Below are positions 7,862 through 16,276 of a DNA stretch of 39,410 nucleotides, piece after piece. The DNA is from a virus, in the IMG/VR virus record IMGVR_UViG_3300026311_000663; one strand, given 5' to 3'. The position numbers and the translations under genes were made by a program. Below the pieces are notes generated by a model that worked only from the letters and a program-made list of their open reading frames with translations, ran no database searches and was not told the origin of the DNA. How positions within the stretch are numbered: position 1 is the stretch's first letter; each line of letters opens with the position of its first letter.

Positions 7862-7902
7862 TGTTGGAACAGTCTGGTGAATCACATTTAACCGAGAAGT
7901 AA
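7862..7902 (+). pseudogene. Right TSD plus the displaced original 3' end of the 1657 gene (..LEQSGESHLTEK*)
   Basis: Joining 2026 to 7871 keeps the frame and reaches TAA at 7900-7902. Confidence 0.85.
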
Positions 7903-7912
7903 CCCCTAAAAC

Positions 7913-7919
7913 TTTTTTT
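7913..7919 (+). terminator. T7 run ending the rightward small-gene operon
   Basis: TTTTTTT 10 nt after the reconstructed stop codon. Confidence 0.45.
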
Positions 7920-8076
7920 ATAACGGTCACAATTTAAACACAAAAAATTAACTTTTTCTACTATTGTTTTTGTGTATTTGTAATTTTTTAGTTACATTTG
8001 ACTACTAAAACATTTTTTTTAGGGGAACTTATATACTTGTGGGTATATGTAGGTAAATGTAATCAGGGGATTAAAT

Positions 8077-8217
8077 TTGACTACAAAAAACAAGCTTCAA
8101 AACATCGCAGTCTGGGAAAAAACCAAAAAACGCCTAGACACAAAAAAACTCTGCCCTGACGAAACCTACAACGGCCTCATAAACAGAATCATAGACAAAC
8201 TGGAGGCAACACAATAA
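8077..8217 (+). CDS. RHH-type regulator/antitoxin-like protein (46 aa)
   Basis: TTG start; NIAVWEKTKKRLDTKK..DETYNGLINRIID pattern. Confidence 0.6.
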   Translation: MTTKNKLQNIAVWEKTKKRLDTKKLCPDETYNGLINRIIDKLEATQ

Positions 8218-8369
8218 TGCAGCCAGCAATCGAAACATCCACGTCACTCCGCCAATTCTACCGCGCCTGCCACATGATGGCCCAACTCAAAGGCTTAACC
8301 ACCCAATTCGAGAAAGAAAACGGCTCAGAAACCGAGTGGATCAGCCGCTTAGTCGGAGGCAAACAGTAA
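8217..8369 (+). CDS. Small hypothetical protein (50 aa)
   Basis: TAATG overlaps at both ends; GGAGG RBS. Confidence 0.5.
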   Translation: MQPAIETSTSLRQFYRACHMMAQLKGLTTQFEKENGSETEWISRLVGGKQ

Positions 8370-8497
8370 TGTGTGCACTCCACGGCTACAAACCAGACAA
8401 AAAAACGCGGCTACAACAACAACTAACCGAAGCCGGGTACAGCCAAAAAGCAATCAATGTAATAGTAGACTTTTTCTACGGAGGCACATCTCAGTGA
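8369..8497 (+). CDS. Small helical protein (42 aa)
   Basis: MCALHGYKPDKKTRLQQQLTEAGYSQKAINVIVDFFYGG; GGAGG RBS; preferred over the 8371 ORF call. Confidence 0.5.
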   Translation: MCALHGYKPDKKTRLQQQLTEAGYSQKAINVIVDFFYGGTSQ

Positions 8498-8673
8498 TGC
8501 CGATCCGCTACTTCTGCCACGCTACACCCAAACCATACGGCGTAGACCTCTACCTAAAAACTCCCTTTGAAAAAAACATGGACACATTCCAAGCCGCCTT
8601 AGACTGGGTTAACCAGTTTCAAAACAGATTCAACCGCACCATGCCCCTACACTGGAGAGTGAAACTACAATGA
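8497..8673 (+). CDS. Small hypothetical protein (58 aa)
   Basis: TGATG overlap; GGAGG RBS; 3' part of ORF 8371..8673. Confidence 0.5.
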   Translation: MPIRYFCHATPKPYGVDLYLKTPFEKNMDTFQAALDWVNQFQNRFNRTMPLHWRVKLQ

Positions 8674-8843
8674 CACAAGAACTGCTTTTATCAAACACTG
8701 CCATCCGAAACCTATCAGACAGCGAACTAGAACGGCTCAGAGACGAGTTCACCTGGAACGTGCAAGTACAATCAAGTTTTCAAGCGCTCCTAAACAACCG
8801 CAAAGTATGCGATGAACTGCGCAGGCGGAGGCTATTCCGTTGA
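8670..8843 (+). CDS. Small hypothetical protein (57 aa)
   Basis: ATGA overlap; GGAG RBS. Confidence 0.5.
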   Translation: MTQELLLSNTAIRNLSDSELERLRDEFTWNVQVQSSFQALLNNRKVCDELRRRRLFR

Positions 8844-8951
8844 GTGGGATAACAAGCAAAGCCGCTTCAATTATTGCCGTAAGCTTTCACCTTTCTTATT
8901 TTTCTCCCATAACGGCTTGCTTATCCAAACACAAAAACGGGAGGCCATAAA

Positions 8952-9122
8952 GTGAGCTGCGCAGGCTACATCACAGAGTACTTAGCCACAAGAACAAGAC
9001 GGTTCCCCAACCAAAAAACCATCCTGATATGCAAAGAATGCGGAGCCGCATTTTACTGCAGCGAAGAACGCGGGCGAAGCCTACGCAAATACTGTAACGA
9101 CTGCAAAAGGAGACACCACTAA
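8952..9122 (+). CDS. Small Zn-finger protein (56 aa)
   Basis: GTG start after GGGAGG; CKEC...CNDC. Confidence 0.6.
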   Translation: MSCAGYITEYLATRTRRFPNQKTILICKECGAAFYCSEERGRSLRKYCNDCKRRHH

Positions 9123-9343
9123 AATGAAAACCAAATTCACATGCGCATCATGCAGCCACAACAAATGCGAAGTACGCAGCACATGCCCAGATGACGAAAC
9201 AAGCCACGACAAACGGCCCTTAACAGTTTACCAAATTGGAGAGATTCCGCTTTGAGCAACCGCCTAAATACCGTCAAAATTGTTGGCATAAAAGACCTAC
9301 GCACCCCACCACCCCAACCATCCAAGATAGGAGACTACAAAAA

Positions 9344-9751
9344 ATGTTAGCTACACTCTACTGTACCCAATGCGGCAAACAACTCACTTATGTACGGAAA
9401 CCAAAAAAACAGTTATGCCGAAGCTGCCTATACAGATACCACGCCAAAAAACTCGGCTACAAAGTATGGACCAACCAAGACCTAATTGAACTACAATACA
9501 CATGCGAACTAAAAAAAGAAATAGACCGTAAACGCTTAGAAATCAAAATTTTAAAACAGCAAATCAAGGAACTCCAAAAGAAACGCAGACCAGTAAGAAA
9601 AAACTTAGAGAAAAAATATGGAGTCGCAAGCATACACAACCAACAACGCGCCAGAGGCTACCTAAACAAAACCAAGACAGATCCACTAAAAGAAATGTTT
9701 GGGCGCGTAAGAGTAGAACTAGCAAAAACCGCTGGGAGACTAAATCAATGA
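9344..9751 (+). CDS. Zn-finger plus coiled-coil basic protein
   Basis: ATG at 9344 after AGGAG; CTQC..CRSC followed by heptad-rich helix. Confidence 0.65.
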   Translation: MLATLYCTQCGKQLTYVRKPKKQLCRSCLYRYHAKKLGYKVWTNQDLIELQYTCELKKEIDRKRLEIKILKQQIKELQKKRRPVRKNLEKKYGVASIHNQQRARGYLNKTKTDPLKEMFGRVRVELAKTAGRLNQ

Positions 9752-9960
9752 TGTACTATAACGTAGCTGTACCAGTTCCATTCAGCGAAAGATGCGGCAA
9801 AACATTACGCACCTGCAAAGTCTGCGGAGCAAGAATACCAAGCCGAAACTGGAGCAGACGCACCCCAGAAAACAAAGTTTTACTCTGCACACGACACCTA
9901 TCAAGCAGAAACATCTACATCCGAATGAAAAAGAAATGGCCCTGCATGGAGGACCAGTAA
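9748..9960 (+). CDS. Small Zn-finger protein
   Basis: CKVC...CTRH; ATGA overlap. Confidence 0.55.
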   Translation: MMYYNVAVPVPFSERCGKTLRTCKVCGARIPSRNWSRRTPENKVLLCTRHLSSRNIYIRMKKKWPCMEDQ

Positions 9961-10227
9961 ATGACAGTTCAACAAACAAGCATTTTATCATACAAAGCAA
10001 CTCTGCCAACATTAAGCCACAAACAAAGCGTAATGTATGAAGCATTCAAAAAAGTTAAAACACCAGTAACAGACCGCGACTTAACCAAAATACTCGGCTG
10101 GCCCATAAACACAGTTACACCCAGACGTGGCGAACTGGAAAAACTCGGCTACATAACACAAGCCGACTACACTTTTGATTTAGAAACAAACCGCCACACA
10201 AAAACTTGGACACTAACAAGGAGATAA
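9961..10227 (+). CDS. Winged-helix DNA-binding protein
   Basis: TDRDLTKILGWPINTVTPRRGELEKLGYI..DLETNRHTKTW matches a common viral wHTH pattern. Confidence 0.75.
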   Translation: MTVQQTSILSYKATLPTLSHKQSVMYEAFKKVKTPVTDRDLTKILGWPINTVTPRRGELEKLGYITQADYTFDLETNRHTKTWTLTRR

Positions 10228-10366
10228 CAATTTTGAGTGAACAAACCCCTAAGCAAAGAGAGTATTGTCTCCGCTACTGCACCAGACCACGATATGACGT
10301 ATGCTTCGGCTGGCTTGCTTGCCCAAGAAACCCCAGTAACCAGAAACACACAGAGGAGATCACAGC

Positions 10367-10588
10367 ATGACATCCCCAGCCGAGCTTTGCCCATACACAG
10401 ACAGAGCACCCTACCCCGGAGCACAACACGTCAGAATATGCCAAATAAGCGAAATCACAGGATGCACAAACTGGAACAGCCCAGCCGATTATTCACGTTG
10501 CCCAATAGCTTTAGCACACAAAAAATACACGGGCGACATCAAGCATGAAAAACCAGAGAGTGAAGCAGAGGTGACCGCTTCAGTTTAG
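10367..10588 (+). CDS. Cys-containing small protein
   Basis: GGAG RBS; four spaced Cys residues. Confidence 0.45.
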   Translation: MTSPAELCPYTDRAPYPGAQHVRICQISEITGCTNWNSPADYSRCPIALAHKKYTGDIKHEKPESEAEVTASV

Positions 10589-10690
10589 TAAAGTAGTTTA
10601 GTAAACTAAGTTTTCGCGCTTAGTTTCCTAAATTACACTCTATATATTAAAAAATATACTTTAGTAAAGTAAGAAAGTAAAGTAAGTAAA
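10584..10690. repeat. Non-coding cluster of TTTAGTAAA and AGTAA short repeats
   Basis: TTTAGTAAA at 10584, 10597 and 10660; AGTAA run at 10663-10689; AT-rich spacer. Confidence 0.7.
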
Positions 10691-10696
10691 GAAAAG

Positions 10697-11023
10697 GTGA
10701 ACAATCTGTTACAAAAAAATGAAGAACAAAAAATCCTAACCGCACGGTACACAAGGAAATACTATTCTTCTTGCCGCTCATTAGTTATTGCTCTTTTAGG
10801 CGGTAAATGTGTACGATGCGGTTTCACAGATGAACGTGCTTTACAGATAGATCATATTATTTTTGTCGGTAAAAACAGAGAAACATTGATGGTTCGTTTC
10901 CGTAACATTATGAGCGGCAAAACAGAGAATTATCAGTTGTTATGTGCTAATTGTAACGCAATCAAGAAGCATGAAAACAGGGAGTACCCCATAAAATATT
11001 TTGAGTTGGAGGATAAACAGTGA
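10697..11023 (+). CDS. HNH endonuclease-like protein
   Basis: LGGKCVRCG..LQIDHI..YQLLCANCN. Confidence 0.8.
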   Translation: MNNLLQKNEEQKILTARYTRKYYSSCRSLVIALLGGKCVRCGFTDERALQIDHIIFVGKNRETLMVRFRNIMSGKTENYQLLCANCNAIKKHENREYPIKYFELEDKQ

Positions 11024-11439
11024 CAAGGCCGCCAGCGTTAAACAGTAAGTTGAAGCGGCTAACTTTTATTCCACTTAATTATGAGGAGGAGTTAGTTGTT
11101 GAGGATTTTAAGAAACTTTGCATCCAAGACGCTTTAACTGTGCATGACTTGTTTTTAGAAGCTATTAAACTTGCTTTTAAAGCTCATCATTGGCCGCCTG
11201 GTAATCCTCAGTTGACTTTGCAGGTGTTTAATGAAGGCTTTAAAGCTGTGCCTAAGAAGCCTAAATGTACCTTCATTAAATGCAAGAATGAATCTGTTGG
11301 GTCCGGTGTTTCCCGTAAAGGTGATGTTGTTTCCTTCTGCAAATTCCATTTTGACATAGTTGAAAAACAAAACGTGTATAGTCATGTGTACCACGACCTG
11401 AAACTTTACGAAAAACCTTTGGAGATAATAAACAAATGA
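11020..11439 (+). CDS. Hypothetical protein with C-terminal Zn finger
   Basis: CTFIKC...CKFH; GTGA overlap. Confidence 0.6.
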   Translation: MTRPPALNSKLKRLTFIPLNYEEELVVEDFKKLCIQDALTVHDLFLEAIKLAFKAHHWPPGNPQLTLQVFNEGFKAVPKKPKCTFIKCKNESVGSGVSRKGDVVSFCKFHFDIVEKQNVYSHVYHDLKLYEKPLEIINK

Positions 11440-12293
11440 GTAAATTCCATGATGAATTTTTTAAGAAGGGGTCAGCCAAACACGATAAACTAGTTGAGCA
11501 GACAATAGCATCTATTGAAGATATTTTTAAAGAAAGCATATTACCTGAAATAAACAATACACAGTGGCCTATTCATACTGAAAAAATATATGTATGTAAT
11601 GGAAGTGAATGTCCTAATTTTTGTAAAATAAAAATTGAAAACACCAAGTTGGCTTTTACGAGGAAACCAATATGCTGTTACTACATAAATAAAGGCAATT
11701 ATCGAGAAAAAAAATTGGTGATTAATGAAGATGCCCAAAGATGCGAGTATTGTGTTGTTTCAAAAGATAACCAAAAATATTTAAACTCAGATATAAATGT
11801 TGAATTAAATGAGACATATAATTATTGCAGCAATAAGAATGTAATAAGTGTCAATGCGCAGGTATATGGTGTTTCTACTTCAGTTGAAATGGTAGATATA
11901 GAACCTGAAAAGATTTGTAAAAATGGAAATTTTATCATTGGTTACGCTGACATAAAATCATCATTTAGTGTAGAATATCGGTTAGACTGTAAAATAGATG
12001 ATAATTGGGTATGGAAAAACTATTCCTCTGCAAAATTATTTGTGGATGTTGTTGTTGAATGTAAACCTGACTTGTCAACTTGGGGTGGACCGCTCCGCCA
12101 AGTAAAAACATACATGGATATTATCAGATGCAATAATGAAAGAGACCTATATAACGATAGAGAAAGACGCAGCGAAAAACGTATTGTTATTGGGTTATTT
12201 ACTACTTATAGTGTTTTGCCTGAGAAAATAAAGGAGTTACTTAAAAAAGAAAACATTTTTGTGGCCACTTTACCATCGGAGGACACAAATTAA
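11436..12293 (+). CDS. PD-(D/E)XK nuclease-like protein with Cys-rich N-terminal region
   Basis: IGYADIK...VVVECKP...LRQVKTY (D, ExK and QxxxY motifs). Confidence 0.65.
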   Translation: MSKFHDEFFKKGSAKHDKLVEQTIASIEDIFKESILPEINNTQWPIHTEKIYVCNGSECPNFCKIKIENTKLAFTRKPICCYYINKGNYREKKLVINEDAQRCEYCVVSKDNQKYLNSDINVELNETYNYCSNKNVISVNAQVYGVSTSVEMVDIEPEKICKNGNFIIGYADIKSSFSVEYRLDCKIDDNWVWKNYSSAKLFVDVVVECKPDLSTWGGPLRQVKTYMDIIRCNNERDLYNDRERRSEKRIVIGLFTTYSVLPEKIKELLKKENIFVATLPSEDTN

Positions 12294-12482
12294 TGAAACT
12301 AATGAGAAGCATGGGGGTTCAATCGGTTGAGTTCTAAGCGTTGTGTTTTGTGGTTGCCGCGTGGTGCTTCTAAAGATGATGTGGCTGAGTTAATCCGTGA
12401 GTTAGCTACACTAAAAACTGCCGCTATGCCGAATCCCCATCACAAACTAATTATCAGCAGCCAATTAAAGGAGAAATGAAAG

Positions 12483-13115
12483 ATGTATGAATGTGAAGAA
12501 CAACAAAAACATGAAGGAATGTTAAACATACACATACCATTTTCAAGAACCGTAAAAATACTTATAAAAAATAAAATACTTGAATCACAAATAAATAAGA
12601 TTAGCGTTAACTGGGTTTTCGACAAATTCCACAAAGATATGATAGTTAGTGAATATGATGAGTGGTTAAAAACCTATGGTGCTTTACCAATAAATAACAA
12701 CACCATATTGGATATAGGTGCAGGTGAAGGCGAAACAGCATTATTTTTTAAATATCATAATGCACAACAAGTTATAGCGGTGGAACCTAACAAAGAATTT
12801 TTTAGTTACCTAAAAGTTAATGCTGAAAAAAACAATTTTTTGGCAATAAACGAAAAAATAAGCTTACCATTACTCAGGCAATACATGCCTCATGTAGACG
12901 CAATAAAATGTGATATAGAAGGATATGAAGAATTACTATTAAATTGTAACATCGTAAAACCTATAGTTTTAGAACTACATGGATTACCATTAATTGAAAA
13001 ATTCAAACAACAAAACTATATTATATTCAAAAATATTTCTGATACTGAAGCTGAAAAAGTAAATTGTACCCGATATGCCTATAAAAATTTGTTTAAAAGG
13101 AAACAACAAAAATGA
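12483..13115 (+). CDS. FkbM-like SAM-dependent methyltransferase
   Basis: ILDIGAGEGETA, VIAVEPN, IKCDIEGYE. Confidence 0.8.
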   Translation: MYECEEQQKHEGMLNIHIPFSRTVKILIKNKILESQINKISVNWVFDKFHKDMIVSEYDEWLKTYGALPINNNTILDIGAGEGETALFFKYHNAQQVIAVEPNKEFFSYLKVNAEKNNFLAINEKISLPLLRQYMPHVDAIKCDIEGYEELLLNCNIVKPIVLELHGLPLIEKFKQQNYIIFKNISDTEAEKVNCTRYAYKNLFKRKQQK

Positions 13116-13345
13116 GTGACCTTAGACAGTTGTTGAACGATAGTTCTCTTAAAGAGTTTACTTATGATGAGCAGAGTTTTGAGAACAAAATAGATTATGT
13201 GGTTGATGAGGTAATCACAGTTTTCCGTAGGTGGCTTTCTGGGAAACTTGTTGCTGGTAGCGAGAAGGCAAATCCACATAATGATGTTATCCTGAAACTT
13301 TTACATGAGTTGGATTATCAGCAAGAGAAGGATGTAACAAAATGA
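13112..13345 (+). CDS. Small protein, paralog of 37320..37544 and 36541..36693
   Basis: 7 nucleotide differences over 192 bp versus 37320-37511; different C-terminal tail. Confidence 0.75.
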   Translation: MSDLRQLLNDSSLKEFTYDEQSFENKIDYVVDEVITVFRRWLSGKLVAGSEKANPHNDVILKLLHELDYQQEKDVTK

Positions 13346-13513
13346 ATAATCTGAAAGATTGTCCTTCTTTTGGCGATGTTTGTTATAGACATGGTAAATA
13401 CCGGTGGGTCTGTGATGTTTGTGAAAAGGAGTCTCCTAACTGCTTTTTGAATGAATAATTATATCTCATGTTTTTTATGTTAAAAAGGGTAGGGGTTTTG
13501 CCTTAACTTTTGT

Positions 13514-14176
13514 TCATCGTTTTTTTAGTAGTTTTGGGAAGTATTCCAAGTATGCTCCTAAGTCAATGTAGCGTTCCATAACACTTGTTGCTTTCGTGAC
13601 AGTGGTTAGTCGCCAGCCGCAATAGGCTGCGAGGTCCTCTGCTTTAAAGTGGAAAACCCTAACAAGCTCGGTGGCTCTTAAGTGACGCAGCGCATGCAAC
13701 GCAAATGTTCGGCTGTGTCCTGGTACAACTTGGATTTCGCCTGTGCCCATTTTCTTTTTGTAGCTTTCTATTGGGTAATTGAAGCCTTCAAAAAACGGTT
13801 TCGCATGTAACCAAACATACTGTCTTGTCACCGGAAACACTGATTTGTCGCCGAAGCTTTTGTAGTAGTTGTAGAGTGGTTTAGCCCAGGATTCGGTTTC
13901 TGTTGGCAAAGCTACCAGCCGTTCTTTACCTTGTCTTTTGGCGGTGCGCACGGTTAAGATTACTGCTTCGTGCCCATCTATTTCTTCTATAGCCGCGTCT
14001 GCTCCTGTTGGGCCGTATGCGGTGGTTGTGTCGCGGGGCGCCTTGACTGATACGGATTCGCTGACTCTGCCAGCTTTCAAGTAGAGGTCCATTAAAATGT
14101 ATTTGATTACGTCGGGTTTGGCGTGGCTGATTCTTTGGCGTACTTCGGAAACTTTAGGCAAATCACCATCAATCAT
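13514..14176 (-). CDS. int: Tyrosine recombinase/integrase, catalytic domain only
   Basis: Catalytic residues R (AGRVSE), K (RTAKR), HxxR (HALRH), GW (CGW), Y (ERYI); 220 aa. Confidence 0.9.
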   Translation of the reverse strand: MIDGDLPKVSEVRQRISHAKPDVIKYILMDLYLKAGRVSESVSVKAPRDTTTAYGPTGADAAIEEIDGHEAVILTVRTAKRQGKERLVALPTETESWAKPLYNYYKSFGDKSVFPVTRQYVWLHAKPFFEGFNYPIESYKKKMGTGEIQVVPGHSRTFALHALRHLRATELVRVFHFKAEDLAAYCGWRLTTVTKATSVMERYIDLGAYLEYFPKLLKKR

Positions 14177-15663
14177 CTTTTACACCATTGTACTAATTTA
14201 TAAAAAAGTTGATTTATTTTAGCATATATCTCTTTGTGGGTGTAACTACAATTGTAATAGTCTATACATTCATTTGGCCCTTTATAAATAGGGTTAAATA
14301 AACTGTATATACGTTCATAAGATTCATTCTGGGTTTTAGCTATTAACTCACTTATTTTTTTTTCTGTTATATCCCAATCAAGAATTTTTAGTAATTTCAA
14401 AAATGCACGAACTGTGAGTGCATTATTACTTAAATGCTCTAAAATTTGTGGTTCACAGTTCAAGTCGTATGTTTCATTTAAAGTCATTAATTGTTTGGAT
14501 GTTAATCCTGTGATTTCATGTAAAGCCAAAACATCAAAAGATTTATTTTCAACATAGTTGGTTTCTGTGTTGTTAAATTGTGGAACTAACCCAAATTTTA
14601 AACAAATATCATCAAAGTCTTTATTCCCAATTTTTTCAGCATAACTCATTAAAATATTTTCGCTAACCAATAATATCTTGCAGTTTCTATTCAGTATCTT
14701 GTTTATCAATGTGATGAAAGGTTGTATATCAGCTTTTGTATCAATAACCCACTCTAAAAAATAATGTATTTCATCAAAAATAATTAGATTTGCCCACTCA
14801 ATATAATCGTCAAATTCGCTAAAAACAGGCGGATTAACTTTTCCGTTTTCCCATTGTTCTTTAGTAGCGTAATTAAAAGGTGGTTTTATATAAACTCTTT
14901 TTGCTGTTACATCAAAACTAATGTAGCATGGCTTAATTTTTTCTGTTGCAAAACAATTATCATTAATTGTTTTATTTAGAGCTAATAATGTGTTAAATGT
15001 TTTACCTGTTCCTTTTAGACCTAACAAAAACTTTTTTTGCGTATTTTTATCTGTAAAAAATGAGTAGAGTTGTTTAAAAGGTATTGTCAGAGGGTCTAAA
15101 TGCACAAAGCGGTATGTTGTGCCTTTTTTTGTTGTTCTATGTATCTCCACATAACTTTCGTTATATAAACTTGCAAACTCTATTAATCTTTCAGCACCCA
15201 TTCTTTCTGCCCTTAATGGGGTATGGCGTAAAATCTTTGTATATTTTGATGCAAAAGTTTTAGGGGTAACTTCGGTTTGTTTTATTGTCCCCTTATGGAA
15301 CATAATTTTTTTATCTTCAGAGCTGAACTCAATTTGTTTTCCTGTTAAATAATAATACACCGCTTTATGTTTAGAATAAGTGGTGCTTATGATTTGTTTT
15401 TTTAAAAGGTGTTCTATTTGGATTTGGAATAATCTTTTTGAGTCTTTATAAATTTTGTCGCCTACAAAATTTAATTTGTATAACCTGAATAAGTCTCCAC
15501 AGTAAATAGGCTTTTTATTTCTATCTATTATTTTAAGTATGATAATTGCTAAATTTTCATTATACACAAAATTTTTTCTGTATTTATAAGAATTTTTATC
15601 CGGTTTATTGCCGTTAATAAAATACTGACTAATTGTATAGTCAAATGAGAAATTTTTATTCAT
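14173..15663 (-). CDS. P-loop (AAA-like) ATPase with probable N-terminal winged helix
   Basis: Walker A GLKGTGKT; Walker B LIIFDEIH; visibly AT-rich gene. Confidence 0.75.
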   Translation of the reverse strand: MNKNFSFDYTISQYFINGNKPDKNSYKYRKNFVYNENLAIIILKIIDRNKKPIYCGDLFRLYKLNFVGDKIYKDSKRLFQIQIEHLLKKQIISTTYSKHKAVYYYLTGKQIEFSSEDKKIMFHKGTIKQTEVTPKTFASKYTKILRHTPLRAERMGAERLIEFASLYNESYVEIHRTTKKGTTYRFVHLDPLTIPFKQLYSFFTDKNTQKKFLLGLKGTGKTFNTLLALNKTINDNCFATEKIKPCYISFDVTAKRVYIKPPFNYATKEQWENGKVNPPVFSEFDDYIEWANLIIFDEIHYFLEWVIDTKADIQPFITLINKILNRNCKILLVSENILMSYAEKIGNKDFDDICLKFGLVPQFNNTETNYVENKSFDVLALHEITGLTSKQLMTLNETYDLNCEPQILEHLSNNALTVRAFLKLLKILDWDITEKKISELIAKTQNESYERIYSLFNPIYKGPNECIDYYNCSYTHKEIYAKINQLFYKLVQWCKR

Positions 15664-16144
15664 CTTTGAAGCAACCTTCTTTGTAAAGTATTATTAGAGC
15701 TGTTCCACAAAATAAGCCGAGTGAACTTAATGATATACTCATCATTAAATTGTAATGTTCTATTTGTTCCCAAGTACCCATACCATGTTCAACCCAGCAG
15801 CCTTGACATTGGTCGTGCATAGGGTGAGGAATAGTGAACTCAACAACAAATACAGACACAAAAGAAACAACCGATAAAGCAATAAGCACTCCCAAAATAG
15901 CTCTGTTCATTTTTGTTTTGTCTCCTCTCTTAATCCGTAATGAATATAAAGTAACATAAAGTAACACAGCAGCCCATAAAATTATCGACCCTAAAACTAG
16001 TTTAATTACTTCATCTCCGAAGGGCGCCAAAACTACTGCTACAGCTAAGACCACGCCAACTAAAAGAATCCATACATAAGACAAAAACCTCGGTTGGGTG
16101 TTTTTGTTGGGGTTCCCATGCTCTTTTTCCGTCAAAGATTCCAC
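15656..16144 (-). CDS. Multi-pass membrane protein
   Basis: Four hydrophobic segments. Confidence 0.65.
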   Translation of the reverse strand: MESLTEKEHGNPNKNTQPRFLSYVWILLVGVVLAVAVVLAPFGDEVIKLVLGSIILWAAVLLYVTLYSLRIKRGDKTKMNRAILGVLIALSVVSFVSVFVVEFTIPHPMHDQCQGCWVEHGMGTWEQIEHYNLMMSISLSSLGLFCGTALIILYKEGCFKDE

Positions 16145-16276
16145 ATCTCCAAATATCTTTTATTGTTGAAGTAATATTTAAGCCTTTACAGTTTACTGAT
16201 AACTGTAGATTAACATTGTTTAGAAAAAAGGGAGCTTGATTTACTTTTTATTTTTTATATAGAATAAATTAACTAT

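Noticed and set aside
8847-8926. Imperfect inverted repeat GGATAA..AGCAA..GCCG / CGGCTTGCTTATCC in an intergenic gap
   Set aside because: It needs gaps, has a long loop and has no supporting promoter or second copy; it could be an attenuator but is unsupported
13346-13513. tRNA-derived att site next to the integrase
   Set aside because: No T-arm (GTTCRA) or acceptor-stem-like sequence was found here or noticed elsewhere in the window
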